From: Alphaproteobacteria bacterium
GTDB lineage: Bacteria; Pseudomonadota; Alphaproteobacteria; UBA6615
Reading direction: 5' to 3'
Assembly (NCBI GenBank): GCA_965261585.1
Contig: CBDHDN010000029.1
Location: 15,193 to 79,192 of the forward strand
Length of the DNA: 64,000 nucleotides
Made by a program: the position numbers and the translations under genes. Below the pieces are notes generated by a model, which was given only the letters and a program-made list of their open reading frames with translations, searched no databases and had not been told where the DNA came from. Positions within the stretch are counted from its first letter, which is position 1; every line of letters starts with the position of its first letter. Shown here in pieces: positions 54,342 through 63,466 of the stretch.

Positions 54342-55746
54342 CTGTCGGTAACACGCGATATGTCCGGTTTATGTACCAGATGATCTGTCCGGTTTTAGAA
54401 CGCCTCCAAGCCATGGAGGGAGGCGATGCGTCGGACGGAGCAGGTACAGGGACTGAGATTGATGAAGTTCGAGGAGGTTTACGGGCGCACCCATCGGGGT
54501 GGCTTGAGCCAGGCGGAGGCGGCGGAGGTTCTGGGTGTCTCGGAGCGCACCTTCCGGCGCTGGCGCGACCGCTACGAGGCGGAGGGAGCCGACGGTCTCT
54601 ACGACCGCCGCCTGGGCCGCCTCTCGGCGCGGCGCGCGCCGGTGGACGAGGTGGCGCGGGTGCTGGAGTTGTTCGACACCCGCTACTGGGACTTCACGGC
54701 CAAGCACTTCCACGAGAAGCTGGTGGCCGATCACGGCTTCAAGCGCAGCTACAACTGGCTGCGGCTGAGCTTGCAAGCCCATGGGCGCAGGCGCGCGGCG
54801 CCCAGGCGTGGGGCGCACCGGCGCAAGCGGCCGCGCCGTGCCCTGCCCGGCATGATGTTGCACCAGGACGGCTCGAGCCACGAGTGGGTCCCCGGTCGAT
54901 GGTGGGACCTGATCGTCACCATGGACGATGCGACCAGCGATATCTACTCGGCCTTCTTCGTCGCCGAAGAGGGCACCATGTCGAGCTTCCAGGGGGTGTC
55001 CGAGGCGATCCGGGCCAAGGGCCTGTTCTGCTCGCTCTACGCCGACCGCGCCAGCCACTACTGGAACACGCCCGAGGCCGGCGGCAAGGTGGACAAGGAC
55101 ACCCCGACCCAGGTCGGCCGCGCCCTGGCGCAGCTCGGCATCGAGTTGATCCCGGCCTACTCGCCCGAGGCAAGGGGGCGCTCGGAGCGCATGTTCGGCA
55201 CCTTGCAGAAGCGCCTGCCCCAGGAACTCAGGCTCGCCGGCATCACCGACATGGTCGAGGCCAACCGCTTCCTCAAGGAGGTCTTCCTGCAACAACACAA
55301 CGCCCGCTTCGCGACCCCGGCCGAGGACCAGGGCACCGCCTTCGTCCCCTTCACCGGCGCGCTCGACGACATCCTGTGCATCCACGAGGAACGCACCGTC
55401 TCAAACGACAACACGGTGCGCTACAAGCGCCTGGCACTTCAGATCCCCGCCGGCCGCCACCGCCGCCATTACGTCAAGGCCAGGGTCCGCGTCCACGAAT
55501 ACCCCGACGGCACAATGGCCGTCTTCCATGGACCGCGATGTCTGGCGCGATACCACGCCGATGGCCAACCGATCGACAGCCAAACCCGCGAGGCCGCGTG
55601 ACCCGCTTCGACGCGACCGACCGGCGCCCTGTGGACAAGTGGACAGCCGCTCCGCGACCGACCTCTTCCCCACAGGGCCAGAAACCGCAACAGAAGCGGT
55701 CAACTCATATGGTACATAAACCGGTCAACTCAGAATGTTCTCGACA
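54342..55746 (+). mobile_element. ISNCY-like insertion sequence, copy 2 (1405 bp)
   Basis: Flanked by the 16-bp direct repeat CGCAAGCAGCGTGCTG (54326-54341 and 55747-55762). It differs from copy 1 at only a handful of positions. Confidence 0.85.
54426..55601 (+). CDS. ISNCY-family-like DDE transposase
   Basis: 391 aa, with five amino-acid differences from the copy at 44085..45260. These are YWGF/YWDF, GRGWD/GRWWD, DINS/DIYS, GRLER/GRSER and FLPQH/FLQQH. Confidence 0.8.
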   Translation: MRRTEQVQGLRLMKFEEVYGRTHRGGLSQAEAAEVLGVSERTFRRWRDRYEAEGADGLYDRRLGRLSARRAPVDEVARVLELFDTRYWDFTAKHFHEKLVADHGFKRSYNWLRLSLQAHGRRRAAPRRGAHRRKRPRRALPGMMLHQDGSSHEWVPGRWWDLIVTMDDATSDIYSAFFVAEEGTMSSFQGVSEAIRAKGLFCSLYADRASHYWNTPEAGGKVDKDTPTQVGRALAQLGIELIPAYSPEARGRSERMFGTLQKRLPQELRLAGITDMVEANRFLKEVFLQQHNARFATPAEDQGTAFVPFTGALDDILCIHEERTVSNDNTVRYKRLALQIPAGRHRRHYVKARVRVHEYPDGTMAVFHGPRCLARYHADGQPIDSQTREAA

Positions 55747-55967
55747 CGCAAGCAGCGTGCTGCTCGAGAGCGCCGCGAAGACGCCCATCAGCAGACCGGC
55801 GAGGAATTTGCCCATCATCCGCGGCGAGAACACTATCTCCCAGAATCCAGGCATAGTGCGGCGGCGACTCGCGCCGGATCAACAGTGACGTGGCACCGGG
55901 GCGCTGGGCGACCCGGCCGCCCGTATGCTAACTCTTGGGCGTCGCAACGGGGGCGGACCACGACGCA

Positions 55968-58145
55968 ATGACGCAAATGATCGAGCAGGGCGGCCTTACG
56001 GTCGCCAAGGAGCTCCACGACTTCATCAACGAGGAGGCGCTGCCGGGCACGGCGGTCGAGCCGGCGGCGTTCTGGGCGGCGCTCGATGGCATCGTCCACG
56101 ACCTGGCACCGCGCAACCGGGCGCTGCTGGCCCGCCGCGACGAGCTGCAGGCGCAGATCGACGCCTGGCATCGCGAGCGGCGCGGCCACGTCTTCGATGC
56201 GGACGCCTATACCCGTTTCCTGCGCGACATCGGCTACCTGGAGCCCGAGGGCGCCGACTTCGCGATCGCGACCGAGCACGTGGATCCGGAGATCTCGGCG
56301 ATCGCCGGCCCGCAGCTCGTCGTGCCCGTGACGAACGCCCGCTTTGCGCTGAATGCGGCGAACGCCCGTTGGGGCAGCCTCTACGACGCGCTCTACGGCA
56401 CCGACGCCATTGCCGAGGCCGACGGCGCCGCCCGCGGCGGCGCCTACAACCCGGTGCGCGGCGGCCGCGTCGTCGCCCGGGCGCGTGCCTTCCTCGACCA
56501 GGCCGCGCCCCTGGCCGAGGGCTCGCACGCCGACGCGACAGGCTACACGGTGGTCGAGGGGCGCCTCATCGTCGCGCTGGGCGATGGCGCCGTGACCGGC
56601 CTGGCGCGGCCGGACTGCTTTGCCGGCCATCAGGGCGCCGCCTCGGACCCGTCCACCATCCTGTTCGTCAACAACGGCCTGCATTTCGAGATCCGCATCG
56701 ATCGCGACCATCCGATCGGCCGCGAGGACGCCGCACACATCTGCGACGTCGTGCTCGAGGCCGCGGTGACGACGATCATGGACTGCGAGGATTCCGTCGC
56801 CACGGTCGACGCCGCGGACAAGGTCGTCGCCTACCGCAACTGGCTGGGCCTGATGAAGGGCGATCTCGCGGCGACGTTCGACAAAGACGGCCGCACGACC
56901 GACCGGCGGCTGAACCCGGACCGCACCTACACGACGGCCGAGGGTGCCCAGATGACGCTGCCCGGCCGTAGCCTGATGCTGGTGCGCAATGTCGGCCACC
57001 TCATGACGATCGACGCGGTTCGCGACGGCGACGGCAACCCCGCGCCCGAGGGCATCCTCGACGCCGTGTTCACCAGCCTGATGGCGGTCCACGACCTGCG
57101 CAGCCGGGGTCCGCTCCGCAACAGCCGCACCGGCTCCGTCTACATCGTCAAGCCGAAGATGCACGGGCCCGACGAAGTCGCCTTCACGGACGAATTGTTC
57201 GGCCGCGTCGAGGACGCGCTCGGCCTCGCCCGGTTCACGCTGAAGGTCGGCATCATGGATGAGGAGCGGCGCACGACGCTCAACCTCAAGGAATGCATCC
57301 GCGCCGCCAAGGACCGCGTCGTCTTCATCAACACCGGCTTCCTCGACCGCACCGGCGACGAGATCCATACCTCGATGGAAGCCGGGCCGATGATCCGCAA
57401 GGGCGACATGAAGGCGGCCGACTGGATCCAGGCCTACGAGGACTGGAACGTCGACACCGGCCTCGCCTGCGGGCTGCGCGGCCGGGCCCAGATCGGCAAG
57501 GGCATGTGGGCCATGCCGGACAAGATGGCCGACATGCTGGTGGCCAAGATCGGCCATCCCATGGCCGGCGCCAACACGGCCTGGGTGCCGTCGCCGACGG
57601 CGGCGACCCTGCATGCCATGCACTACCATCAAGTCGACGTCGCCGCCCGGCAGGAGGCGCTAAGATCGCGGCCACGCGCGGCGCTCGAACGGCTGCTGAC
57701 GATCCCCCTGGCCGACCGGCAGAACTGGCCGCCGGACGTCGTCCAACAAGAGCTCGACAACAATGCCCAGGGCATCCTCGGCTACGTCGTGCGCTGGATC
57801 GACAGCGGCGTCGGCTGTTCCAAGGTGCCCGACATCAACGACGTCGGGCTGATGGAGGACCGCGCCACCCTGCGCATCTCGAGCCAGCACATCGCCAACT
57901 GGCTGCACCACGGCGCCTGCTCCGACGAGCAGGTGACGGCGACGATGCGCCGCATGGCCGCCGTCGTCGACGCCCAGAATGCCGGTGACCCGGCCTACCG
58001 CCCGATGGCCCCCGACTTCGACGCCTCCATCGCCTTCCAGGCCGCCTGCGACCTCGTCTTCAAGGGCAGCGCCCAGCCCAACGGCTACACCGAGCCGATC
58101 CTCCACGCCCGCCGGCTCGAGGCGAAGCGTAAGCTTGATGGCTGA
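55968..58145 (+). CDS. glcB: malate synthase G
   Basis: ORF 55935..58145 with ATG at 55968. About 725 aa. [54 protein letters not shown] and [13 protein letters not shown] are hallmark GlcB motifs. Confidence 0.95.
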   Translation: MTQMIEQGGLTVAKELHDFINEEALPGTAVEPAAFWAALDGIVHDLAPRNRALLARRDELQAQIDAWHRERRGHVFDADAYTRFLRDIGYLEPEGADFAIATEHVDPEISAIAGPQLVVPVTNARFALNAANARWGSLYDALYGTDAIAEADGAARGGAYNPVRGGRVVARARAFLDQAAPLAEGSHADATGYTVVEGRLIVALGDGAVTGLARPDCFAGHQGAASDPSTILFVNNGLHFEIRIDRDHPIGREDAAHICDVVLEAAVTTIMDCEDSVATVDAADKVVAYRNWLGLMKGDLAATFDKDGRTTDRRLNPDRTYTTAEGAQMTLPGRSLMLVRNVGHLMTIDAVRDGDGNPAPEGILDAVFTSLMAVHDLRSRGPLRNSRTGSVYIVKPKMHGPDEVAFTDELFGRVEDALGLARFTLKVGIMDEERRTTLNLKECIRAAKDRVVFINTGFLDRTGDEIHTSMEAGPMIRKGDMKAADWIQAYEDWNVDTGLACGLRGRAQIGKGMWAMPDKMADMLVAKIGHPMAGANTAWVPSPTAATLHAMHYHQVDVAARQEALRSRPRAALERLLTIPLADRQNWPPDVVQQELDNNAQGILGYVVRWIDSGVGCSKVPDINDVGLMEDRATLRISSQHIANWLHHGACSDEQVTATMRRMAAVVDAQNAGDPAYRPMAPDFDASIAFQAACDLVFKGSAQPNGYTEPILHARRLEAKRKLDG

Positions 58146-58414
58146 TTCGCAAGCCGGGTCACTAAGAGGAGTTGGACAGTTCTCTAACTCGCCCCATGTG
58201 GCAAAAAAAAGCGCTCGCGCTCGCATGGCGTGAGGTCGCGCGGCACAACGGCCTTGGCGTGGTCGACCAGATCCTGGGTGGCGGGGGCCGCGCCTGGGAA
58301 TCTGTGCTCATCTTACGTCTGATTTACCATTGGTTGCTTATGGTGGCGCAACCATCACCGGCGATGTCCGAATCGATTCGGTAATCTTCCGAGGCCAAAT
58401 ACGAAGGAAAAGCC

Positions 58415-58783
58415 ATGACCGTAACCAAGACCCAGCTTGCCGACGCATACTCCACGGCCCTGAACGAGGGCCTCGGCGACGAGTGGGATTGCAATTTCAC
58501 CCGCAGGGACGCGAACAGGTTCCTCGATCTCATGTGGCCGGTCGTCTCCGGGCTCGCTCTCAAGGACACCTTGAAGAGCAAGCCGGGCAGCGTGCCGCTC
58601 GGCAATCTCGGCCGTCTCAAGATGCGCTACAAGTCGGCCACCAAGGCCCGCAAGGGCACCAACCCGTTCAACGGCGAGCCGACCACCTTCAAGGCCAAGC
58701 CCGCGACCCTGCAGCCGCGCTTCAGCGCCGGCAAGGCGCTCAAGGACGAGGCCAGCAGCTACTTCAGGAAGAGGATGAACTAG
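58415..58783 (+). CDS. divergent HU/IHF-fold DNA-binding protein
   Basis: 122 aa, with GAAGGAAAA before the ATG. C-terminal arm PLGNLGRLKMRYKSATKARKGTNPFNGEPTTFKAKPATLQPRFSAGKALKD matches the HU beta-arm pattern (R.G.NP.tGe...i.a.......F..gk.lK). The N-terminal helical part is longer than in canonical HU. Confidence 0.55.
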   Translation: MTVTKTQLADAYSTALNEGLGDEWDCNFTRRDANRFLDLMWPVVSGLALKDTLKSKPGSVPLGNLGRLKMRYKSATKARKGTNPFNGEPTTFKAKPATLQPRFSAGKALKDEASSYFRKRMN

Positions 58784-60438
58784 CCCGGATTTCTCACACG
58801 GAGTAGTGCATCGGGGCCCCGAATCAGCGAAAGTGATTGTTGCAACAAGAACTTAAGCTGAGACGGAGGATCTCCCCGATGCCAACAGAGTGTATCTCGG
58901 ATCTGTTCGGATTTGCACGCGTTGAGAGCCGGCGCGTTGAGGCAGCGTTTGACGGCGGTGCGGTGACGTCGAACGGCGGCGCGCTTTTGCTGGGGGCCAC
59001 GGAGCGGGCGATTGGCCTGGTCGCGGGTTTTGCGCGATGTTTCCAGGACGGCCGCGATCCGGCGTTGACGGAGCACAGCGTCGCGACGCTGGTCGGCCAA
59101 CGTGTGTTCGCCCTGGCGCTGGGTTACGAGGACCTGATCGACCACGACGAGCTGCGCCATGATCCGGTGATGGCGGTGCTCGCCGGCAAGCTCGAGGCGC
59201 GGCGGGCGGACTGCGCGCCGCTCGCCGGCAAGTCGACGCTGAACCGGCTGGAGCACGCGCCGTCGGGGGCGCCGTCGCGCTATCACAAGATCGGCCACGA
59301 CGCGGCGGCGATCGAGCGCCAGTTCGTCGCGCTGTTCTTGGCCGCGCACCGGCGGCCGGCGAAGCAGATCATCATCGACCTCGACGCGACCGACGATCCG
59401 TTGCACGGCGAGCAGGAGGATCGGTTCTTCCACGGTTACTACGATTGTTACTGCTATCTGCCGCTGTACATCTTCTGTGGCCGGCATCTGCTGGCGGCGA
59501 AGCTGCGGCCGGCCAATATCGACGGCGCCGCCGGCGCGATCGAGGAGCTCGCCCGGATCGTCGAGCAGATCCGCGACGACTGGCCGGACGTGCGTATTCT
59601 GGTGCGCGCTGATTCCGGCTTCGCCCGCGAGGCGCTGATGGCGTGGTGCGAAGCCAACCGGGTCGACTACGTCTTTGGGCTGGCCAGGAACAAGCGGCTC
59701 AGCGGCGCGATCGAGAACGCTCTCGCCGCCGCCGCCGCCGCCGACAGCCGGCGCACCGGCAAGCCGGCCCGCCGCTACCAGGAGCTGGTGTGGACGACGC
59801 GGAAGAGCTGGAGCCGCGAACGCCGCGTCGTCGCCAAGGCCGAATGGACCCACGGTAAGGCCAATCCGCGCTTCGTCGTCACCTCGCTCGGCACCGGCGA
59901 GGTCAAGGCCCGCCGGCTCTATGAAAAGGTCTATTGCGCCCGCGGCGACATGGAGAACCGCATCAAGGAATGCCAGGCCGATCTGTTCGCCGACCGCACT
60001 TCGGCTGCCACCATGCGGGCCAACCAGCTGCGCTTGTGGTTCGCCGCCATGGCCTATGCGCTGCTCTGCGCGCTGCGCCGCATCGCCCTCAAGCACACCC
60101 GCTTCGCCCGCGCCACCTGCGGCACCATCCGCTTGAAGCTGTTGAAGATCGGCGCCCAGGTGCGCCGCTCCGTCCGCCGCGTCAAGTTCGCAATGGCGTC
60201 TTCGTTCCCCTACCAGCAGGAATACCGCCTGGCTCACCATCGATTATGCAACGCCACCGGCTGACCCCAGCAGCCGGCCTCCGCCCGTCCCGTCAACCAC
60301 ACAGGATCAACTCCAGCCTCAGACCACCGCCAGCAGCCGGCGGAACCCTCCAGCCTGCCTGCTTCACAGCAACCCATCAACAGCGCCGAAGATGAACTGG
60401 CTCTCGGCCACCACCAATCCCGCTGTGAGAAATCCGGG
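58784..60438 (+). mobile_element. IS1380-family insertion sequence (1655 bp) with 4-bp CTAG duplication
   Basis: IRs CCCGGATTTCTCACA at 58784 and TGTGAGAAATCCGGG ending at 60438. CTAG lies at 58780-58783 and 60439-60442. Confidence 0.85.
58879..60264 (+). CDS. IS1380-family transposase
   Basis: ORF 58837..60264 with ATG at 58879. SNGGALLLGATERAIGL, IIIDLDATDDPLHGEQE, FFHGYYDCYCYLPLYIF and YCARGDMENRIKE are typical IS1380 (DDE_Tnp_1_assoc) blocks. Confidence 0.85.
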   Translation: MPTECISDLFGFARVESRRVEAAFDGGAVTSNGGALLLGATERAIGLVAGFARCFQDGRDPALTEHSVATLVGQRVFALALGYEDLIDHDELRHDPVMAVLAGKLEARRADCAPLAGKSTLNRLEHAPSGAPSRYHKIGHDAAAIERQFVALFLAAHRRPAKQIIIDLDATDDPLHGEQEDRFFHGYYDCYCYLPLYIFCGRHLLAAKLRPANIDGAAGAIEELARIVEQIRDDWPDVRILVRADSGFAREALMAWCEANRVDYVFGLARNKRLSGAIENALAAAAAADSRRTGKPARRYQELVWTTRKSWSRERRVVAKAEWTHGKANPRFVVTSLGTGEVKARRLYEKVYCARGDMENRIKECQADLFADRTSAATMRANQLRLWFAAMAYALLCALRRIALKHTRFARATCGTIRLKLLKIGAQVRRSVRRVKFAMASSFPYQQEYRLAHHRLCNATG

Positions 60439-60441
60439 CTA

Positions 60442-61564
60442 GTACCGGGAATCACAAATCGCGATGACGTGGTTTGAGCCTCTTCTGATGGATTTTGGTG
60501 CTGACCCAACGGAAAGGCTTGGCGGTCTTGTTGTGGGCGTGGATGAAGGCATCGATGGCGTCCCTGAGTTGTCGGGGCGAAGTGAAGCTGGCGCCGTGCA
60601 GGGCGGCGCGGCTGAGGATCGAGAACCAGATCTCGATCTGGTTGAGCCAGCTGGCGTAGTTGGGCGTGAAGTGGAAGTGGACATGGGGATGCGCCTTGAG
60701 CCAGCGGTCGCGCTTGGGCTTGTGGGTGTTCAGGTTGTCGAGAACGACATGGATCTCGCGGTCGGGATAGGCGGCCACCACGCGGTTCATGAAGTCGAGG
60801 AACTCACGGCGGCGCCGCCGTTCGTAGTGTCCGGCCTGAACCTCGCCGCTGGCGACGTTGAGAGCGGCAAACAGCGTCGTCGTGCCGTGTCGCTTATAGG
60901 TGTGGCCATGGCCGATCAGGGCGCGCCCGTTCGGCAGCTTCAGATAGCCCTGGGCGCGCTCCAGCGCCTGGATGTGCGGCTTCTCGTCGACCGCCAGCAC
61001 GATGGCGTCCTCCGGCGGGTGCAAGTAGAGGCCGACGATCTCGGCCGCCTTGGGGACGAACTCGGGATCGTTGCTCTGGCACCAGGATTTACGGCCGGCC
61101 AGGTCGATCTTTTGCCGGCGCAGGAAGCGCCAGATGTACTGGTCCGACACATCGCCCAGCGCCCGGGCCAGCAGTGGCGCCGTCCAGCGAGCGAAGCCGG
61201 CGGGCGGCGGCTCGTCCAACTGCGCCAGGATGCGCCGGCCCGTCTCGGCCGTGTAGATCGGCGTCGCCCCCGGCCGCGCTCGATCCGACAGCCCGGCCAG
61301 CCGTTCCGCCGCGAAGCGCGTGCGCCAGCGGCTGACCCGCCCCGGCCAGGTGCCAAGCGCCGCCGCAATGGAGCGCGTCGAGCGGCCGTCCGCCGCCAAC
61401 AACACCATGTGGGCGCGCTCGCTCACGCCCTGTTCCGTCTTCGGAGATCGGACCATGCTCTCAAGCACCGCCCGCTCCTCCTCCGTCAATATGATCGGAG
61501 TCGCGTCCTGGATGTTCATCCATCCTTTGAATCACGACTCCGCCGCCAGCGATAGAGCCGGTAC
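60442..61564 (-). mobile_element. IS630-family insertion sequence flanked by TA
   Basis: TA(60440-60441)|GTACCGG...CCGGTAC|TA(61565-61566). Only the terminal 7 bp are a perfect inverted repeat, so the ends are moderately supported. Confidence 0.65.
60452..61519 (-). CDS. IS630-family transposase
   Basis: 355 aa. HTH N-terminus, DEKPHIQALER, DNLNTHKPK and TPNYASWLNQIEIWFSIL. Confidence 0.85.
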   Translation of the reverse strand: MNIQDATPIILTEEERAVLESMVRSPKTEQGVSERAHMVLLAADGRSTRSIAAALGTWPGRVSRWRTRFAAERLAGLSDRARPGATPIYTAETGRRILAQLDEPPPAGFARWTAPLLARALGDVSDQYIWRFLRRQKIDLAGRKSWCQSNDPEFVPKAAEIVGLYLHPPEDAIVLAVDEKPHIQALERAQGYLKLPNGRALIGHGHTYKRHGTTTLFAALNVASGEVQAGHYERRRRREFLDFMNRVVAAYPDREIHVVLDNLNTHKPKRDRWLKAHPHVHFHFTPNYASWLNQIEIWFSILSRAALHGASFTSPRQLRDAIDAFIHAHNKTAKPFRWVSTKIHQKRLKPRHRDL

Positions 61565-61663
61565 TAGGGCGCCTCAACCGAGACTCCGAACTGACGCCTG
61601 CGTCTCATTTGGGTTCGTGGGCGGCCGCCCGACCGCTGGGTGGCCTCGGCATCGCAGTTATGG

Positions 61664-62902
61664 TCACAGCTCCCGTTCGGCGAGTTCGCGGAACGCGTCG
61701 GGGACGGTACGGCGCGCGCCCAACGCGACCGACCCGTATCCAATCGACTCCCGACCGAAGCGGTCACGTATCGCATCGACGGCGCGATCAACCGCCCAGC
61801 GCGCCGCGCCCCTCGCGGTGCCTGGGTGGCGCGCTTCGTCTGCTCGTTTGAACGGGAGCTCCAGTTGCAGCACCGTGTCGTCCTCCAGATGCGACACCGA
61901 GATTGCCAGCAGCGAGATGGCCAGTTCCCCAGGGTGATCCGCCAGGGCGGCGCGCACCAGGTCCTCGGCGATCTCGGCCAGGATCGCGGTCGACGAGATC
62001 GCCGCCGGCAGCGTAACCGAGCGCGTTACGGCGCGGAGGTCGGCGAACCGTACCCGCACCGTCACGGTTCGAGCGGCCCGGGCCTTGGCCCGCAGCCGGG
62101 CGGCAACCCGGTCGGCGAGATGGCGCAGCGTGGGCCAGAAAACGTCCTCGACGGCAGGTTTCCTGCCGAGCGCCGACTGCGCCCCCACCGACCGCGCGCG
62201 AAGGTGCGTCACGACCTCCCGTGGATCCCGATTGCGGGCCAGCGCCGCCAGCTTGCAGCCCATCGCCCGACCCAGCAGCCGCTCCAACAACCACTCCGGG
62301 GTCTGCGCCATCTGGCCGATGGTGAACACGCCCATATCGGCAAGCCGCGCCCTCGCGACCGGGCCCACGCCCCACATCAGCTCGACCGGCAGATCGCGAA
62401 GGAAATCAGGCTCGGTCCCGGGAGGGACGACGACCAACCCGTCGGGCTTGGCCACTTGCGAGGCGATTTTCGCGAGGTGTTTGGTTTGCGCGACACCCAA
62501 CGAGATCGGCAATCCCACCTCCGCGGCCACGCGCCTCCGAATCGTCTTCGCCATGTCTTCCGGCGGCCCGAAGAGATGGACCGAGCCGGCGACGTCGGCA
62601 AAGGCCTCGTCGATCGAGATCCGCTCGACCGCCGGCGTGAAATCGCCCAGTACATTGATGGCGGCATCACCCAGCCGCTGGTAGTCCTCGAAGTGCCCAC
62701 TGACGAACTGCAATTCCGGGCAGAGCGCGCGCGCCCGCCGTCCCGGCATCCCACTGCGAACCCCGAAAGCCCTGGCCTCGTAGGAAGCGGCAAGCACGAC
62801 CCCGCCACCGACGGCGATGGGCCGGCCGCGCAACGACGGGTCGAACAGCTGCTCGACCGAGGCGTAGAAGGCGTCCAGGTCCGCGTGGAGGATGGTGGCC
62901 AT
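61664..62902 (-). CDS. dinB: Y-family DNA polymerase IV
   Basis: ORF 61664..63001. ATG at 62902 gives MATILHADLDAFYASVEQLFDPSLRGRPIAVGG...SIDEAFADV...ISLGVAQTKHLAKIAS. An alternative ATG is at 62947. Confidence 0.85.
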   Translation of the reverse strand: MATILHADLDAFYASVEQLFDPSLRGRPIAVGGGVVLAASYEARAFGVRSGMPGRRARALCPELQFVSGHFEDYQRLGDAAINVLGDFTPAVERISIDEAFADVAGSVHLFGPPEDMAKTIRRRVAAEVGLPISLGVAQTKHLAKIASQVAKPDGLVVVPPGTEPDFLRDLPVELMWGVGPVARARLADMGVFTIGQMAQTPEWLLERLLGRAMGCKLAALARNRDPREVVTHLRARSVGAQSALGRKPAVEDVFWPTLRHLADRVAARLRAKARAARTVTVRVRFADLRAVTRSVTLPAAISSTAILAEIAEDLVRAALADHPGELAISLLAISVSHLEDDTVLQLELPFKRADEARHPGTARGAARWAVDRAVDAIRDRFGRESIGYGSVALGARRTVPDAFRELAEREL

Positions 62903-63099
62903 CGCCGCCCGGCCGCCGGTTCGGTCGAACCTGCGTTCGGAAATCATCAGCCGCTGCGCCCTTTGACATCCTCGGCCATGAGAACATAAAGAGAACACCA
63001 TGGGTGATTGTCAAGCCACCGGCGCGCTGCGGTTGAGCGCGGCAACACCGCCCGGAGCATCCTCGGCTACGTCGTGCATTGGGAGGGAGATGGGCACGC

Positions 63100-63450
63100 G
63101 GTCTATGCCCCCTCCCCCAAGGGGAGACCCTTGCGCAAACGCGGCTGGATTGAACCACAGAGGCACAGAGACACAGAGAAGGCACTGAGTTGGAGAAAGT
63201 GCCCCCTCACCCTCCATCGCTGCGCGATGGGTCCTCCCTCTCCCGCCAGGGGAGAGGGAGATGCTAGCGCTCGCAGAAAGCCCCTCTCCCCCTGCGGGAG
63301 AGGGGTTGGGGTGAGGGGAACCATCGCCACGAGATGGCAACTCGTGGGCTGAACGACGTCAGAAACGCTTACTCTGTGCCTCTGTGGTTCGACCTTCTGC
63401 CCTGTTTTGCAAAGGTCTCCAAGGGGGGCAGGGCCGGAGAGGGGGGTGAA
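63100..63450. repeat. composite block of nested palindromic REP-like units (family A arms enclosing family B-like hairpins)
   Basis: GAACCACAGAGGCACAGAG at 63152-63170 has its inverted copy at 63372-63390. Between them lie CCCTCACCC...CCTCCCTCTCCCGCCAGGGGAGAGGGAG...CCCCTCTCCCCCTGCGGGAGAGGGGTTGGGGTGAGGGG. Extra CTCCCCCAAGGGGAG-type hairpins lie at about 63108 and 63416. Confidence 0.6.
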
Positions 63451-63466
63451 ACGAAAGACTCCCGCC

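Larger units (their letters stand above)
53930..55854 (-). pseudogene. small polytopic membrane protein split by ISNCY-like copy 2
   Basis: ATG at 55854 gives MPGFWEIVFSPRMMGKFLAGLLMGVFAALSSSTLLA up to the IS. After the IS and one duplicated 16-mer, the same frame continues LSVEWDTAAAATVAPLIVLAVVLALGL... to the stop at 53930. Confidence 0.55.

Noticed and set aside
63372-63395. tRNA-like TGGTTCGACC (T-loop look-alike)
   Set aside because: It is part of the family-A repeat arm. No acceptor stem, D-arm or anticodon arm can be drawn around it. No tRNA was found anywhere in the window.
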